Virus record (IMG/VR): IMGVR_UViG_3300036785_000842
Location: 1 to 56,526 of that record
Strand: one strand, 5' to 3'
Source of the DNA: a virus
Lineage: Duplodnaviria; Caudoviricetes
DNA length: 56,526 nt
In this document: piece by piece, positions 1 through 8,855 of the stretch
Numbering within the stretch: the first letter of the stretch is position 1
Layout: every line of letters begins with the position of its first letter
Position numbers and translations under genes: made by a program
Notes under the pieces: generated by a model
What the model was told of the DNA's origin: nothing
The model's input: only the letters and a program-made list of their open reading frames with translations
Databases searched by the model: none

Positions 1-144
1 GCGGCGTGTTGTGGCGCGCCGGACGATGTCGTTGATGCACGCACTCTTGCGGCCGCCATAGATCGGCCCGATCAGCGCGCGCAGAAAGGCGTTGGAGGCA
101 GTGAACGCGCGCAGCTGCGCGCCGTGCGGCTCGTAGCTTTGCAT
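1..144 (-). CDS. terL: N-terminal 48 codons of terminase large subunit (continues across the window junction at 56526)
   Basis: ATG at 144 gives MQSYEPHGAQLRAFTASNAFLRALIGPIYGGRKSACINDIVRRATTRR, a Walker-A-like segment (cf. GPxGSGKSxACxxEIxRRA). No stop before base 1; joins in frame to AWRWLVVAPIRRELERYTIPAIKTWLD at 56526. Confidence 0.85.
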   Translation of the reverse strand, partial: MQSYEPHGAQLRAFTASNAFLRALIGPIYGGRKSACINDIVRRATTRR

Positions 145-179
145 CGTCTTTCGGGGGGGATTTTCGGGGGGGGCCGGGG

Positions 180-245
180 CCGGTCCTCGGGGACAGTTCC
201 CGAGCCTGGGGCAAAAGCTTTTTTGTGCCCGCGGGCAGCTGTCAA
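180..245 (-). promoter_or_regulatory. candidate late promoter/leader upstream of terL
   Basis: TTGACA at 245-240 overlaps the stop of the upstream regulator gene, followed by hairpin CTCGGG-AACTGTC-CCCGAG. The -10 element is not clear. Confidence 0.35.
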
Positions 246-823
246 GGGATGCTGTAATAGGTCTGCAATATCCCCAGATCGGTCAATAGGATGCCGGTCG
301 CTATCCGAGCATCGACCCGACCGGTACCCCAGCCCCGCGATAGGGCCCACGATTCGATCGTCATTTCGCAGCCCAAAATATGCCAAGCACAGGACCCGCC
401 GGGCGAGGCGACCCCGCCGAGCTGCAAAAGCGCGTCGAACACCATCTCGGCTGCGGTCCGCGAACCGCGGCGGGCGAGCGAGATCTGCCCGTTGGTCGCG
501 AGCACCGGGATGCGGGTCGGGTCGGCGGCCCACAACGGATCCAACCCGGCTTCATTAAACATTTGGTTGAATACAGAACCGGCCGCTCTCATAGAGCGCG
601 AGATGGTCCCGGCCCGTTCCATGCGGGCCAAGGTATCGAGCGCCCTCCACGGCCGGCCGATGCCGCCATTGGCATCCTTGATCGTCTGCTCGCATCGCAC
701 GACGACGCCGCCGACATGATCGGCGCGGTACCGTTCCGGGGTCGGCTGCACAATGTCCGCTCCGTTGACCCCTGATCGCGCCGCTCCGTTGACCCTCGAC
801 CGCCGCCGCTTGGAACTGTTCAT
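242..823 (-). CDS. DUF6456-like phage late transcription regulator (antiterminator-Q-like position)
   Basis: LDTLARMERAGTIS...AAG..F and C-terminal CAWHILGCEMTIESWA...ATGILLTDLGILQTYY pattern typical of alphaproteobacterial phage DUF6456 proteins; immediately upstream of terL. Confidence 0.6.
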   Translation of the reverse strand: MNSSKRRRSRVNGAARSGVNGADIVQPTPERYRADHVGGVVVRCEQTIKDANGGIGRPWRALDTLARMERAGTISRSMRAAGSVFNQMFNEAGLDPLWAADPTRIPVLATNGQISLARRGSRTAAEMVFDALLQLGGVASPGGSCAWHILGCEMTIESWALSRGWGTGRVDARIATGILLTDLGILQTYYSIP

Positions 824-1194
824 CGCTTGGTTTCTCCCCTGGGATTTCTAGCAGCCGCCGCGTGCTCGGCGCACCAGCTGCCCTCGGCGAGCGGCTGGCC
901 GCACCAGTGCCAGGCACCGGGCGGATCACCTATCACCCAGCGGCACCCGCCTTGGGTGGCGCGCTCATAACCGAGGCTTTGTTCGAGGCGCTGCAATGCC
1001 CGGCGAGCAGCCGCCTGATCGTAAGGGATCGACTGGATGAGCTCACGGCCCGCGCGCCGATGCATCCGGCCGGCGATCGCCGAGGCCGTAAAGCCGGCGC
1101 CGAGCTCGCCGGCGATCGCCGCATAGGTCGCCCCCTCGCCGATCCGGCGGTCGACATAGCGGTCGCGCTCCGGGGTCCAATTTTTTCGCGGCAC
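820..1194 (-). CDS. gcrA: GcrA family cell-cycle regulator
   Basis: N-terminal WTPER...G.TYAAIAGELG..TASAIAGRMHR helix-turn-helix and C-terminal CRWVIGDP...WCG...WCAEH motif. Confidence 0.85.
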   Translation of the reverse strand: MPRKNWTPERDRYVDRRIGEGATYAAIAGELGAGFTASAIAGRMHRRAGRELIQSIPYDQAAARRALQRLEQSLGYERATQGGCRWVIGDPPGAWHWCGQPLAEGSWCAEHAAAARNPRGETKR

Positions 1195-1290
1195 AAGCCC
1201 CTCAAAACTGTTTAGGAGCCTTGCAGTGAGACAAGTCCTGGCTTATATTTCGTCTCGGTGCATCGCACCGGGACACAGGAAGGGGCTGAA

Positions 1291-1965
1291 ATGGCCGTCT
1301 ACGGTTATGTGCGGGTTTCGAAGGAGATCCAGGTCGAGGAGGGCCACAGCCTCGAAGAGCAGGAGCGCCGGATCGTCGGCCGGGCCCTGGAGATGGGCTG
1401 GCTGTTGACCGAGACCTTTGTCGAGTGCGGCGTCTCGGGCGGTACCCCTTTTGCCGAGCGTCCCCAGGGCGCCCGGCTCAACGCCACCCTGCAGAAGGGC
1501 GACATCATGATCGCCTCAAAGCTCGACCGGATGTTCCGCTCGGCCCGCGACGCGCTCAACGTGGTCAGCGATTTTCAGAGCCGTGGGATCTCGCTGTGGC
1601 TCTTGGACATGGGCGGCGACGTGTCGGGCAACGGGCTCTCCAAGCTGATGCTGACGATGCTCGCGGCGTTTGCCGAATTCGAGCGCGACCGCATCGGCGA
1701 GCGCATCCGCGACGTCAAGCGCCACCAGCGCCAGGCCGGCAAATATCTCGGCGGCGATGTCCGCTTTGGCTGGCGCCGCAGCGCCGAGGGTCTGATCGAG
1801 GAGGACCCGGCCGAACAGGCGGCACTGACGATGGGGCGCCGGATGCGCGCCGAGGGCGCCTCACTCCGCACCATCACAAAGGCGATCAAGACCGAGCACG
1901 GGATCGAGTACAGCGTCGCCACCGTCCACCGGGCATTGCGGGAGCCGCGGGAGCCGCAGTCGTGA
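1291..1965 (+). CDS. serine recombinase (resolvase/invertase family)
   Basis: YGYVRVS catalytic Ser motif, E.GVSG, KLDRMFRS, AEFERDRIGER, GKYLGG, C-terminal HTH. Confidence 0.92.
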   Translation: MAVYGYVRVSKEIQVEEGHSLEEQERRIVGRALEMGWLLTETFVECGVSGGTPFAERPQGARLNATLQKGDIMIASKLDRMFRSARDALNVVSDFQSRGISLWLLDMGGDVSGNGLSKLMLTMLAAFAEFERDRIGERIRDVKRHQRQAGKYLGGDVRFGWRRSAEGLIEEDPAEQAALTMGRRMRAEGASLRTITKAIKTEHGIEYSVATVHRALREPREPQS

Positions 1966-2129
1966 AATGGCACATTTCGGTCTTTTCGGCCGACGGCCGG
2001 CGGCTGCTCTTCGCCGCTGGCACCACCCGGTCCGCGGCCCTCGAGCTCGCCACCGAGGCGCGCCGGCTCAATTCGACCGTCAAGATCTTCCTGCGCGCGC
2101 CGACCGGCGAGACGACCGAATTCGTCTAG
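1962..2129 (+). CDS. hypothetical protein (55 aa)
   Basis: GTGA overlap with the recombinase stop; GC3-rich codons. Confidence 0.5.
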   Translation: MKWHISVFSADGRRLLFAAGTTRSAALELATEARRLNSTVKIFLRAPTGETTEFV

Positions 2130-2139
2130 CCTCGCCGGC

Positions 2140-2427
2140 TCATAGCGGATCGAATCCTCCCTTGGTTGCTCGGCACAGCCAGCTCGACAGCGCCGCCCGG
2201 TCGGTCAGCTGATCGACATCGGCCCGCAATTTGGCGAGCCATACCTGTCCCTCGGGCCCGAAATATGGGTTTTGATCCCATATCCCCGCCATGATCCACT
2301 GGCGGCAATAAGCGCGCAAGGCCGCGATCTGCTGCAGGGTCAGCTCGCGGTCGTTGAGGTAAGCCTCGACCGCAGGCCACAGCACCCCGCTGGTCTCATA
2401 CATCCAATAACCCGGCTCAGTCGCCAT
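2140..2427 (-). CDS. hypothetical phage protein
   Basis: MATEPGYWMYETSGVL...; protein-like composition, co-directional with neighbours. Confidence 0.65.
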   Translation of the reverse strand: MATEPGYWMYETSGVLWPAVEAYLNDRELTLQQIAALRAYCRQWIMAGIWDQNPYFGPEGQVWLAKLRADVDQLTDRAALSSWLCRATKGGFDPL

Positions 2428-2593
2428 CGAGCACCCCGCGGCGCTGGAGATGGGCGCGCAGCTTCTCGGCCTCGACCTGGTCGGGGAGCTCGGCGAGCCA
2501 TTGGCACACTGCGCAGCGCGGCGGCGCCGGCGGCTCCTCGCGGCCGAATTCATAGACATGCACGCCACAGTCGACGCAATCGTATTCGCTCAC
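2417..2593 (-). CDS. small zinc-finger protein
   Basis: GTG start, MSEYDCVDCGVHVYEFGREEPAAPPRCAVCQWLAELPDQ... with two CxxC pairs; below the ORF-track cutoff, read by hand. Confidence 0.6.
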   Translation of the reverse strand: MSEYDCVDCGVHVYEFGREEPPAPPRCAVCQWLAELPDQVEAEKLRAHLQRRGVLDGD

Positions 2594-2669
2594 CGCGCGC
2601 CACGCCAGCCATCAAGCAGCGGCAACCTGCCGTTCATCAGTTCGAACGCGGTTCCAACGTTTGGGATCC

Positions 2670-2800
2670 CAACATTTCTATATATTTTTCAGAGACTTCG
2701 AGGCCGTCACGGGAAGCCGACCCCTATAGCGGCTTTAGCCGGTTTCTGCGGCCACCCCCCCCCGGGGTACCACCCCTCGAAAAATCCAATAGGGTGGGAT
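2670..2800 (-). other. candidate DNA packaging initiation (pac/cos-like) region
   Basis: Lower-GC non-coding stretch just downstream of the TerS-like gene with GGGGTGGTACCCCGGGGGGGGGTGG followed by an A/T tract (CTGAAAAATATATAGAAA). Confidence 0.35.
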
Positions 2801-3054
2801 CATTATGCTGCCACCTTCCAATACTATCGAAATGTCACCCTTCCAATACCATTGAACTGTCACGTTTCGCTCGGGCGCCCGAGCAGGGCGATCGTCGGTC
2901 GAGGCGACATTGCGCGAGGAGCTCGACCGCCGAGCGAAACACCAGCCGGCTATGGGATACGCATTGCGAACATTATCAGGATCGCAACGGCGCGACGGGG
3001 TGTTCGGGTGCATTTGCGTATGAGACACTTCACCGGCTAACCAGCCGGTTGATT

Positions 3055-3588
3055 TCATGGCTCCTCCTCGCTGCGTGGCATGTCGCTGACCAGCTCCAGG
3101 TGCTCGAGCACCTCGTCCTGAGCAAACGACCAAGGCAAGGTGACCGGTTCGCCCTCGGGCGATCCTGGGGGCTTTACGGTCAGCGTGGCGAGGCGCTGAT
3201 GGCAGTAGGGCATGGTCGCGGCATAAACGCCGCTCCACCAGCGAGCGGCCTCGAAGCGGTCGCAGCCCAAGACCTTGGCGAGCTCAGGCAATACTCCTGG
3301 TGCAAGGATAGGTAACGCCGAGATCTCGACGCCACGAGCCAGAGGATCGCCAAAGCGCGACTTGTAGAACCGCGCCGCCTCGTCTGTTCGTTTATTGCGT
3401 GCGCCGACCGGTCGACCTGGGCCGCGCTGCGCTACCACCTGCGCGGGTGCACCATTGCTCGGCCGCGGCGCCTCGAACAGCTCGAACAGCTCCAGCTGGT
3501 CGAGGTCCTCGGTGAGCCGCCGCAACTCCGCCGCGCGCGCCTCGCGGACCACGTCGGCCAGCGCCTGCTTATGCCCGGTTTCGGCCAT
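3055..3588 (-). CDS. putative terminase small subunit-like protein
   Basis: RGPGRPVGARNKRT motif (GRPxGxxNK type) and AATMPYCHQRL (cf. A..PY.HP.L of TerS-like proteins); upstream of terL on the same strand. Confidence 0.55.
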   Translation of the reverse strand: MAETGHKQALADVVREARAAELRRLTEDLDQLELFELFEAPRPSNGAPAQVVAQRGPGRPVGARNKRTDEAARFYKSRFGDPLARGVEISALPILAPGVLPELAKVLGCDRFEAARWWSGVYAATMPYCHQRLATLTVKPPGSPEGEPVTLPWSFAQDEVLEHLELVSDMPRSEEEP

Positions 3589-3805
3589 CCAACCACCTAT
3601 CCAATCGAATAAAACCCCGATATTTAATCACTGCAACCAGAGACGGTGAGTAAACACTCACGAAACCCAGCGAAAGGCAGAAAGGGTAATTGGTCTTACG
3701 CGTGCATAAGCGCGCGCAGGCATGACAAACTTACCTTTTGTGGCTTTCGGCGGGTTTCGACGTGCACACTGTATCCACACTACCACACAACCTCAACGAG
3801 CGGCG

Positions 3806-4039
3806 CTAGTCTTGTGACCATGCGGCTAATACTTCGCGAAGCGCATGCATCCTCGACTGCACATCACGCACCACAGGACCAGCCGCCTGATCGCCATGCA
3901 GCAGCGCCAATTGCTCGACGACCTCGACCAGGCGAGCCCATGAGCTCTCAGCCTGGCCGAGTTGGGTGTAAGCGCGATTGAGCAGACTGCGGGCACTGCG
4001 CGGCCTGGCCGTGGCCAGCGGGACCACCCTCGCCATCAC
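3806..4039 (-). CDS. hypothetical protein
   Basis: GTGA-coupled to the helicase stop; helical composition. Confidence 0.55.
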   Translation of the reverse strand: MMARVVPLATARPRSARSLLNRAYTQLGQAESSWARLVEVVEQLALLHGDQAAGPVVRDVQSRMHALREVLAAWSQD

Positions 4040-5487
4040 AACCCCAGCCCGTCGACATGACCCATCAGCGCCAAGCCGGCGATGCCGCGCTGGCGTGTCG
4101 TGGGATGCTGCCAGCGGTCAAACCCGAGACCCTCGAGCGCATCGACAAACCGGTTCTGAGGAAGTACATATTCACCAGCCGCTTTGATTTGTGCTTGATA
4201 ATCAGCGTGCAATTCACGGGTCAGCGAGCGTAACGACTTATCTATGTTGCAGCGCTCATCGATCCATGCTTGGAGAATATCTTCGTGGATAAAGTATTCG
4301 TTGGTTGCCTCTGTGACGATCGGCGGTGGCTTCAGACCGTGCTGTCGCCACAACACAGCTCCCAACACAGCCCATCGCATGATCCCGCCGAGCTCCGCCC
4401 TTAGCTTATCGATCAAATGCTTATCAACCACTCTCGGGCGGTGCTTAAAGGGCAACAAATGCATCCGCCGACGCATCGCCGAGGCGATCGACGAGAGGCG
4501 CGGGCGGTGGTTGCCGTGAAACATCAGCAGGCACTGCGGGTAGTAGGAGAAATCGTTCTTGTGCATGAAATGCGCATCGACCAGATCGCGCCCGGTCATC
4601 TGCGTCATGCGCTGCTGATCCCAGCGCCGACCCTCGTCGGTCTCGGCTGCGGTGACCAGCCGCTTGCCGACGAATTTCGCAATGTCCTGCGTGTGACGCT
4701 CTGCTTGCGTCGCCACAAACGTCGACATCGAGGCATTGCCGGCATAGGTCCCGTGCAATGCCCGCACGCACTCGACGAATTTGCTTTTGCCGGTGTTTGA
4801 GGGTCCATGGAGAAAAACAAACATTTCCTCCTCGGTCAATCCGGTCAGCGAGTATCCGATAAGCCGTTGCAAATAGTCCTGATAGTCACGAGCACCGTCG
4901 GTGATCTCACCCAAAAACCACAGCCAATGCGGACAGTCGCCCTCCGGTGCGGCACCCGCCATCTGCGTCATCAGCCGCCGGCGGTCATGCGGGTAGAGCT
5001 CGCCAGTAGCCAGATCGACAATCCCGCCCGGCGTGTTCAGCAATAGCGGATCACTGTCGAAATCAGCGACCTCGCGGGCCATCCTGTCGTCACTGCGCGC
5101 CAGCCGTTCGACGGACGCAATGGTCGAGCCTTTACACACCTGACGGGCCAATGGGCCACTCTCGATCCTGGCCGACGTGCCGCGGCAAATCACGCGTACC
5201 CGCTCGGTCACCGTCCCACGCTCGTCTTTCAGCCAGCGCTGACCATTCCAGCTCAGCCACTTCTCCTCGGCTTTCACATAGAGCCAGTCGCCAACCAATT
5301 TGGCGGCCAATTGCAATGCCAGCTCATCGTCCGACGCCCAGGTCGGCTTCGGACCCTCATCACCCGGCGGTGATGCCGCTGGCGGACCGCCGCCACCGCC
5401 GCGGCGATCATCCTCACGAGCCTTGCCTTCGCGCCAGAAATTGAGATTGACGACCTGCGCAGCCGATTCAACCAGCTCTTCTGGCAT
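4036..5487 (-). CDS. P4-family phage/plasmid primase-helicase (D5_N + SF3 helicase)
   Basis: LLNTPGGIVDLATGELYPHD, Walker A GPSNTGKS, GKRLVTAAET, GNHRP, RRMHLLPF. Confidence 0.92.
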   Translation of the reverse strand: MPEELVESAAQVVNLNFWREGKAREDDRRGGGGGPPAASPPGDEGPKPTWASDDELALQLAAKLVGDWLYVKAEEKWLSWNGQRWLKDERGTVTERVRVICRGTSARIESGPLARQVCKGSTIASVERLARSDDRMAREVADFDSDPLLLNTPGGIVDLATGELYPHDRRRLMTQMAGAAPEGDCPHWLWFLGEITDGARDYQDYLQRLIGYSLTGLTEEEMFVFLHGPSNTGKSKFVECVRALHGTYAGNASMSTFVATQAERHTQDIAKFVGKRLVTAAETDEGRRWDQQRMTQMTGRDLVDAHFMHKNDFSYYPQCLLMFHGNHRPRLSSIASAMRRRMHLLPFKHRPRVVDKHLIDKLRAELGGIMRWAVLGAVLWRQHGLKPPPIVTEATNEYFIHEDILQAWIDERCNIDKSLRSLTRELHADYQAQIKAAGEYVLPQNRFVDALEGLGFDRWQHPTTRQRGIAGLALMGHVDGLGL

Positions 5488-6583
5488 CGCTCACTCCCCC
5501 ACCGATTACTGCGAGATGCTGAATGTACTCGTTGACGTCTTTGACGAATACAGGCGGTGCCCAATAATATACTTTGCGACCTTCGGCTTCAAACCGAGCG
5601 ATTACTTTGGTCAATAGCCGCCGCGCCGGCGACAGTCTGACTGTCTTGCCATCTGCGGTCATCCGCGGATCGCGCTGCGCCAATATGCGGATCTCGGTAA
5701 ATTCGGGCGGCAGTTCCATTGCCATCATAAAGGACAGACTGACGGCGCAGGCGGCCCGCCACTGCGGCTCGAACTGCACGTAGCTGAGCAGGTCCTCGAT
5801 GCCCTCGGCGATCAGCAGGGTCTCACCCGGCTCGATCGAGCTCCATGGCCGACCCTTGGCACCGCGCCACAAGCGGATGTAACCGCCGCGGAACGGTCCG
5901 AGGCTCAATTTGGGATCCTTGAGCGGCGCCTTGCCGACCCTGGGCCCGTCCTCGAACGCCAGGTTACGCTCCTCGAGCCAGGTGCGGTGCACCGCGCAAT
6001 TCTTGCCGTCGGCGTCGGTGATCAGCGCCACCATCGCCGGCCACGCGCGCTGCGACTCTCCGTTCCACAGCCCCGGATGACAGCGCAATACCGAGGGCAC
6101 GCGCGGCAGGCGCCCGAGATCGATGCCGCGATCGGCGAGATAGCGCCAGACGACGTCGCCGCGCTCGACCGGGTTGCACGCGAGCCACAGCGCCATCGCC
6201 CGCTTACCGTTCTGCTCGAGCACACCGAGCGCGATCGCCCGGCCCGAGGCGGGTGCCGGCGATGGCGGCGGTTTGCGGTCGCGCTCGCGCTCCGGGCGTC
6301 CGAGCCATTGGCGCGCCCAATCCATCGCCTTGAGGATGTCACCGTTGCACTCGACCTGGGCGACCAAGTCGAGGGCGTCGCCACGCTCGTCCGAGGCGTA
6401 GTCATGCCAGCGGCCGCGCCTGGGTCCAGAGAGAATGATCGCCAGCGACTGGCCGTTCTCGCCGGCGAGCGAACCGACGCGCGCCCACATCCCGCGGCGC
6501 TCGGCATTCGGCAACAGATCGCGATACAATGAACCGATGCGCAGGTTGAGCTCGCGGGCGAGCTCGGCCGCTTCGCCCTTCAC
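5468..6583 (-). CDS. TOPRIM-domain DNA primase
   Basis: N-terminal GSLAGENGQSL...W.D.ASDERGDALDL, YLADRGI, PAMVA, AVHRTWL, IAEGIED, KDVNE. Confidence 0.85.
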   Translation of the reverse strand: MKGEAAELARELNLRIGSLYRDLLPNAERRGMWARVGSLAGENGQSLAIILSGPRRGRWHDYASDERGDALDLVAQVECNGDILKAMDWARQWLGRPERERDRKPPPSPAPASGRAIALGVLEQNGKRAMALWLACNPVERGDVVWRYLADRGIDLGRLPRVPSVLRCHPGLWNGESQRAWPAMVALITDADGKNCAVHRTWLEERNLAFEDGPRVGKAPLKDPKLSLGPFRGGYIRLWRGAKGRPWSSIEPGETLLIAEGIEDLLSYVQFEPQWRAACAVSLSFMMAMELPPEFTEIRILAQRDPRMTADGKTVRLSPARRLLTKVIARFEAEGRKVYYWAPPVFVKDVNEYIQHLAVIGGGVSDARRAG

Positions 6584-6897
6584 GCCAGCGCTCCGGGATA
6601 TTGCTCGTCGATCAGGCTGATCACGCGCGCGCTAAATCGATCGCTGAGCTCGCGCGAAGCCCATCTGAGGATCGGCTGATATTCCGCCTTGCCGTTGACG
6701 TCGCGCTTCTGGCGGCCGGTCTCGTCGAGCACCGGCCTGCCCGGCAGCGCCACCCACGGACTGCCGTTATTGCCGATCATCACCGGCAGGTCGGTCACGA
6801 TCAGCCCCGGCGGCAATTCGACCGTGCAAAACCCGCGCAACGAACCCTTGACCACCTCCTTGAACGAAACCAGCCGTAGACGCGCCTGTCCGTTCAC
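6580..6897 (-). CDS. SpoVG-like nucleic-acid-binding protein
   Basis: GSLRGFCTVEL..GLIV.D..V...G.PWVALP...Y.PI..W pattern. Confidence 0.65.
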   Translation of the reverse strand: MNGQARLRLVSFKEVVKGSLRGFCTVELPPGLIVTDLPVMIGNNGSPWVALPGRPVLDETGRQKRDVNGKAEYQPILRWASRELSDRFSARVISLIDEQYPGALA

Positions 6898-8855
6898 GGC
6901 GCGCGCCCTTCACCCCCGGGCACCGCCTTGCGCTGCTGCAGATAATGAAATACGGCTGGCGCCTCGAGCGGGTCGGCCTCGATCGGCAAGTCTCCAGGCA
7001 GTTCGAGGATGCGGTTTCCGAGCAGATTGGTCTTCATATACACGGCGACCCCGGCGTCTCGGGCTTGCTGCACCACATCGACAATCCAATCGAACGGCGG
7101 GCGCCACTCCGGCGTCGGCGGGTCATTCTTTGTGGATGACGCACCACCAATGACCATCCAGTGAAACCGCTCGAGATGCGTGAATTGTAGCGGCTCCAAC
7201 ATCGGCTCGATGGACAACCATCGGATCTTTGATCCGACATGTTCAAAACCAGCCTCGGCAGCGGCGACACGCGCCTGTAGGTCGACCGTGGTTCCCATCC
7301 AGCAATTGGCCGGGATATCGAACTCAGCCATACGCTTAGGAAACTTGGTCAAACACAGGAAATTCCACTGCGGCGCAGCGCGGATCTCGGTAAGGATCGC
7401 CTCGATCCATTCCGTCGGCACCCAGCGGCCAAAAACATCGGCCATCGAGCCCATGAAGACATTACGGAAGCGCGCGTCGGTCTTCGCCTTGTCCGGGACT
7501 TTCATAAACCGCGGTGCCAATAGCGAGCGCGGCTTCAGCGTCGGCGCAAAACCATTAGGAAAAACCTTCGCCCGGTCGAGATCATTGGCGATCTCCCGAG
7601 CATAGCAATAGGGGCAAGTGTGCTCGCAGCCGGTGATCGGGTTCCACGACCACTTCGCCCACTCGATCTCGCGGCTTTCCTGCGGGTTGAAGGTGGCCTT
7701 GCTGACACTGCTGGGCGCAGGCGGCAACAACGCCAGCTGGGTCGCCTGGTCGAGGGTCTGCCACTCCTCCAGGGCGACGTAGTTGAGCAGCCGCAAACTG
7801 CGCGCGCGGGCGGCCTCGGTGGCGCGCTGCGCCTCTCTGTGCAGGCGCTCGACCCCGGCTAAGTTCTGGCGACAGCGGGCAACTACCGCATCGAAATATT
7901 CAAGCGCTTCAGCGTAGGTACCGAAATAGGGTTTGTCCATCGACATTGACCCCTCGAAGAGCTGAAGCGTGCCAGCGAGCGGGTCGGCCTCATAGCCCTC
8001 TAATTCCCCTTGTCTTCGCGCGATCGCATCAAGCTCGGCAATGGTGCGCGCTTCGGCCTTGATGACCCGATCGATATCGGCCGGTGTCGCAATGCCAGCG
8101 ATCAGCGCCTCGGCAATGTCGAGGTAAAACGGCGGCTCACTGATGTTCTTGAACCGCACCACCCGAGCCCGTGTCTCCTCGACCGTCCATGCCCGTTTGG
8201 TCGCAACCGTGACGGTGCCGCCGGGCTCCCGCAATGTCGCTTCGGACGGCAGCATCGCCTCGACCAAGGCCGGCCACAGCCACTCGGGGGCGGCGTGGAT
8301 CTCGACGAGAACGCGGAAGTGACCAGCGAGATCACCCAGATCATTATACACGTGTAGAACCGCAGAAGCGACCCGAGCAGCCATCACCTCGTGACGGACA
8401 GTCTGGTATTCCTTCTCACGTCCCACACTGGCGGCGTACGCTTTGACATCGAGGTCTTCCGGCTTGGCGACGCTATGCAGCGCGTGCAGGCCGTGCTCGA
8501 GGGCGGTCAGCTCGCTTTGCGCATTGCTCGTCACCAGCATCATGTACGCCGTCGCGTCGTCGAGCTCACGCACCCAGCACGGTACCCGATCCAGCCCGGC
8601 GCGCTTGGCAGCACTCCAGCGGTGATGCCCCGAAACGATCTGCCAGCCCCCGCCCAGCGGGCGAACGATCAGCGCGTGCGCCGGGTCAAACCCCGAGGCC
8701 AGGCCCGCTGCTATCGCCTCGATGACGTCGATGCGCTCGCCGAGCCGCGGATTGTCGGGATGCGGACTGAGGCGAGCCACCTCGAGCCATTCCGGGGCTG
8801 ATGGCGTGGCGAATGAAATTAGCCGGAGGTCGTTCGGGGATAAAATTGGTGACAA
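6894..8855 (-). CDS. ParB-N domain fused to DUF5131 (Gp37/Gp68-like, radical-SAM-type Cys motif)
   Basis: LSPHPDNPR...IVSGHHRWSAAKRAG.. ParB motif; WSWNPITGCEHTCPYCYA, FMGSMADVF, LTKFPKR, WMGTTV, SIEPML. TTG start at 8855 chosen from SD AAGGGAG. Confidence 0.88.
   Translation of the reverse strand: MSPILSPNDLRLISFATPSAPEWLEVARLSPHPDNPRLGERIDVIEAIAAGLASGFDPAHALIVRPLGGGWQIVSGHHRWSAAKRAGLDRVPCWVRELDDATAYMMLVTSNAQSELTALEHGLHALHSVAKPEDLDVKAYAASVGREKEYQTVRHEVMAARVASAVLHVYNDLGDLAGHFRVLVEIHAAPEWLWPALVEAMLPSEATLREPGGTVTVATKRAWTVEETRARVVRFKNISEPPFYLDIAEALIAGIATPADIDRVIKAEARTIAELDAIARRQGELEGYEADPLAGTLQLFEGSMSMDKPYFGTYAEALEYFDAVVARCRQNLAGVERLHREAQRATEAARARSLRLLNYVALEEWQTLDQATQLALLPPAPSSVSKATFNPQESREIEWAKWSWNPITGCEHTCPYCYAREIANDLDRAKVFPNGFAPTLKPRSLLAPRFMKVPDKAKTDARFRNVFMGSMADVFGRWVPTEWIEAILTEIRAAPQWNFLCLTKFPKRMAEFDIPANCWMGTTVDLQARVAAAEAGFEHVGSKIRWLSIEPMLEPLQFTHLERFHWMVIGGASSTKNDPPTPEWRPPFDWIVDVVQQARDAGVAVYMKTNLLGNRILELPGDLPIEADPLEAPAVFHYLQQRKAVPGGEGRAP

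Noticed and set aside
2272-3315. 347-aa plus-strand ORF
   Set aside because: Overlaps better-supported minus-strand genes and a non-coding block; no protein-like features.
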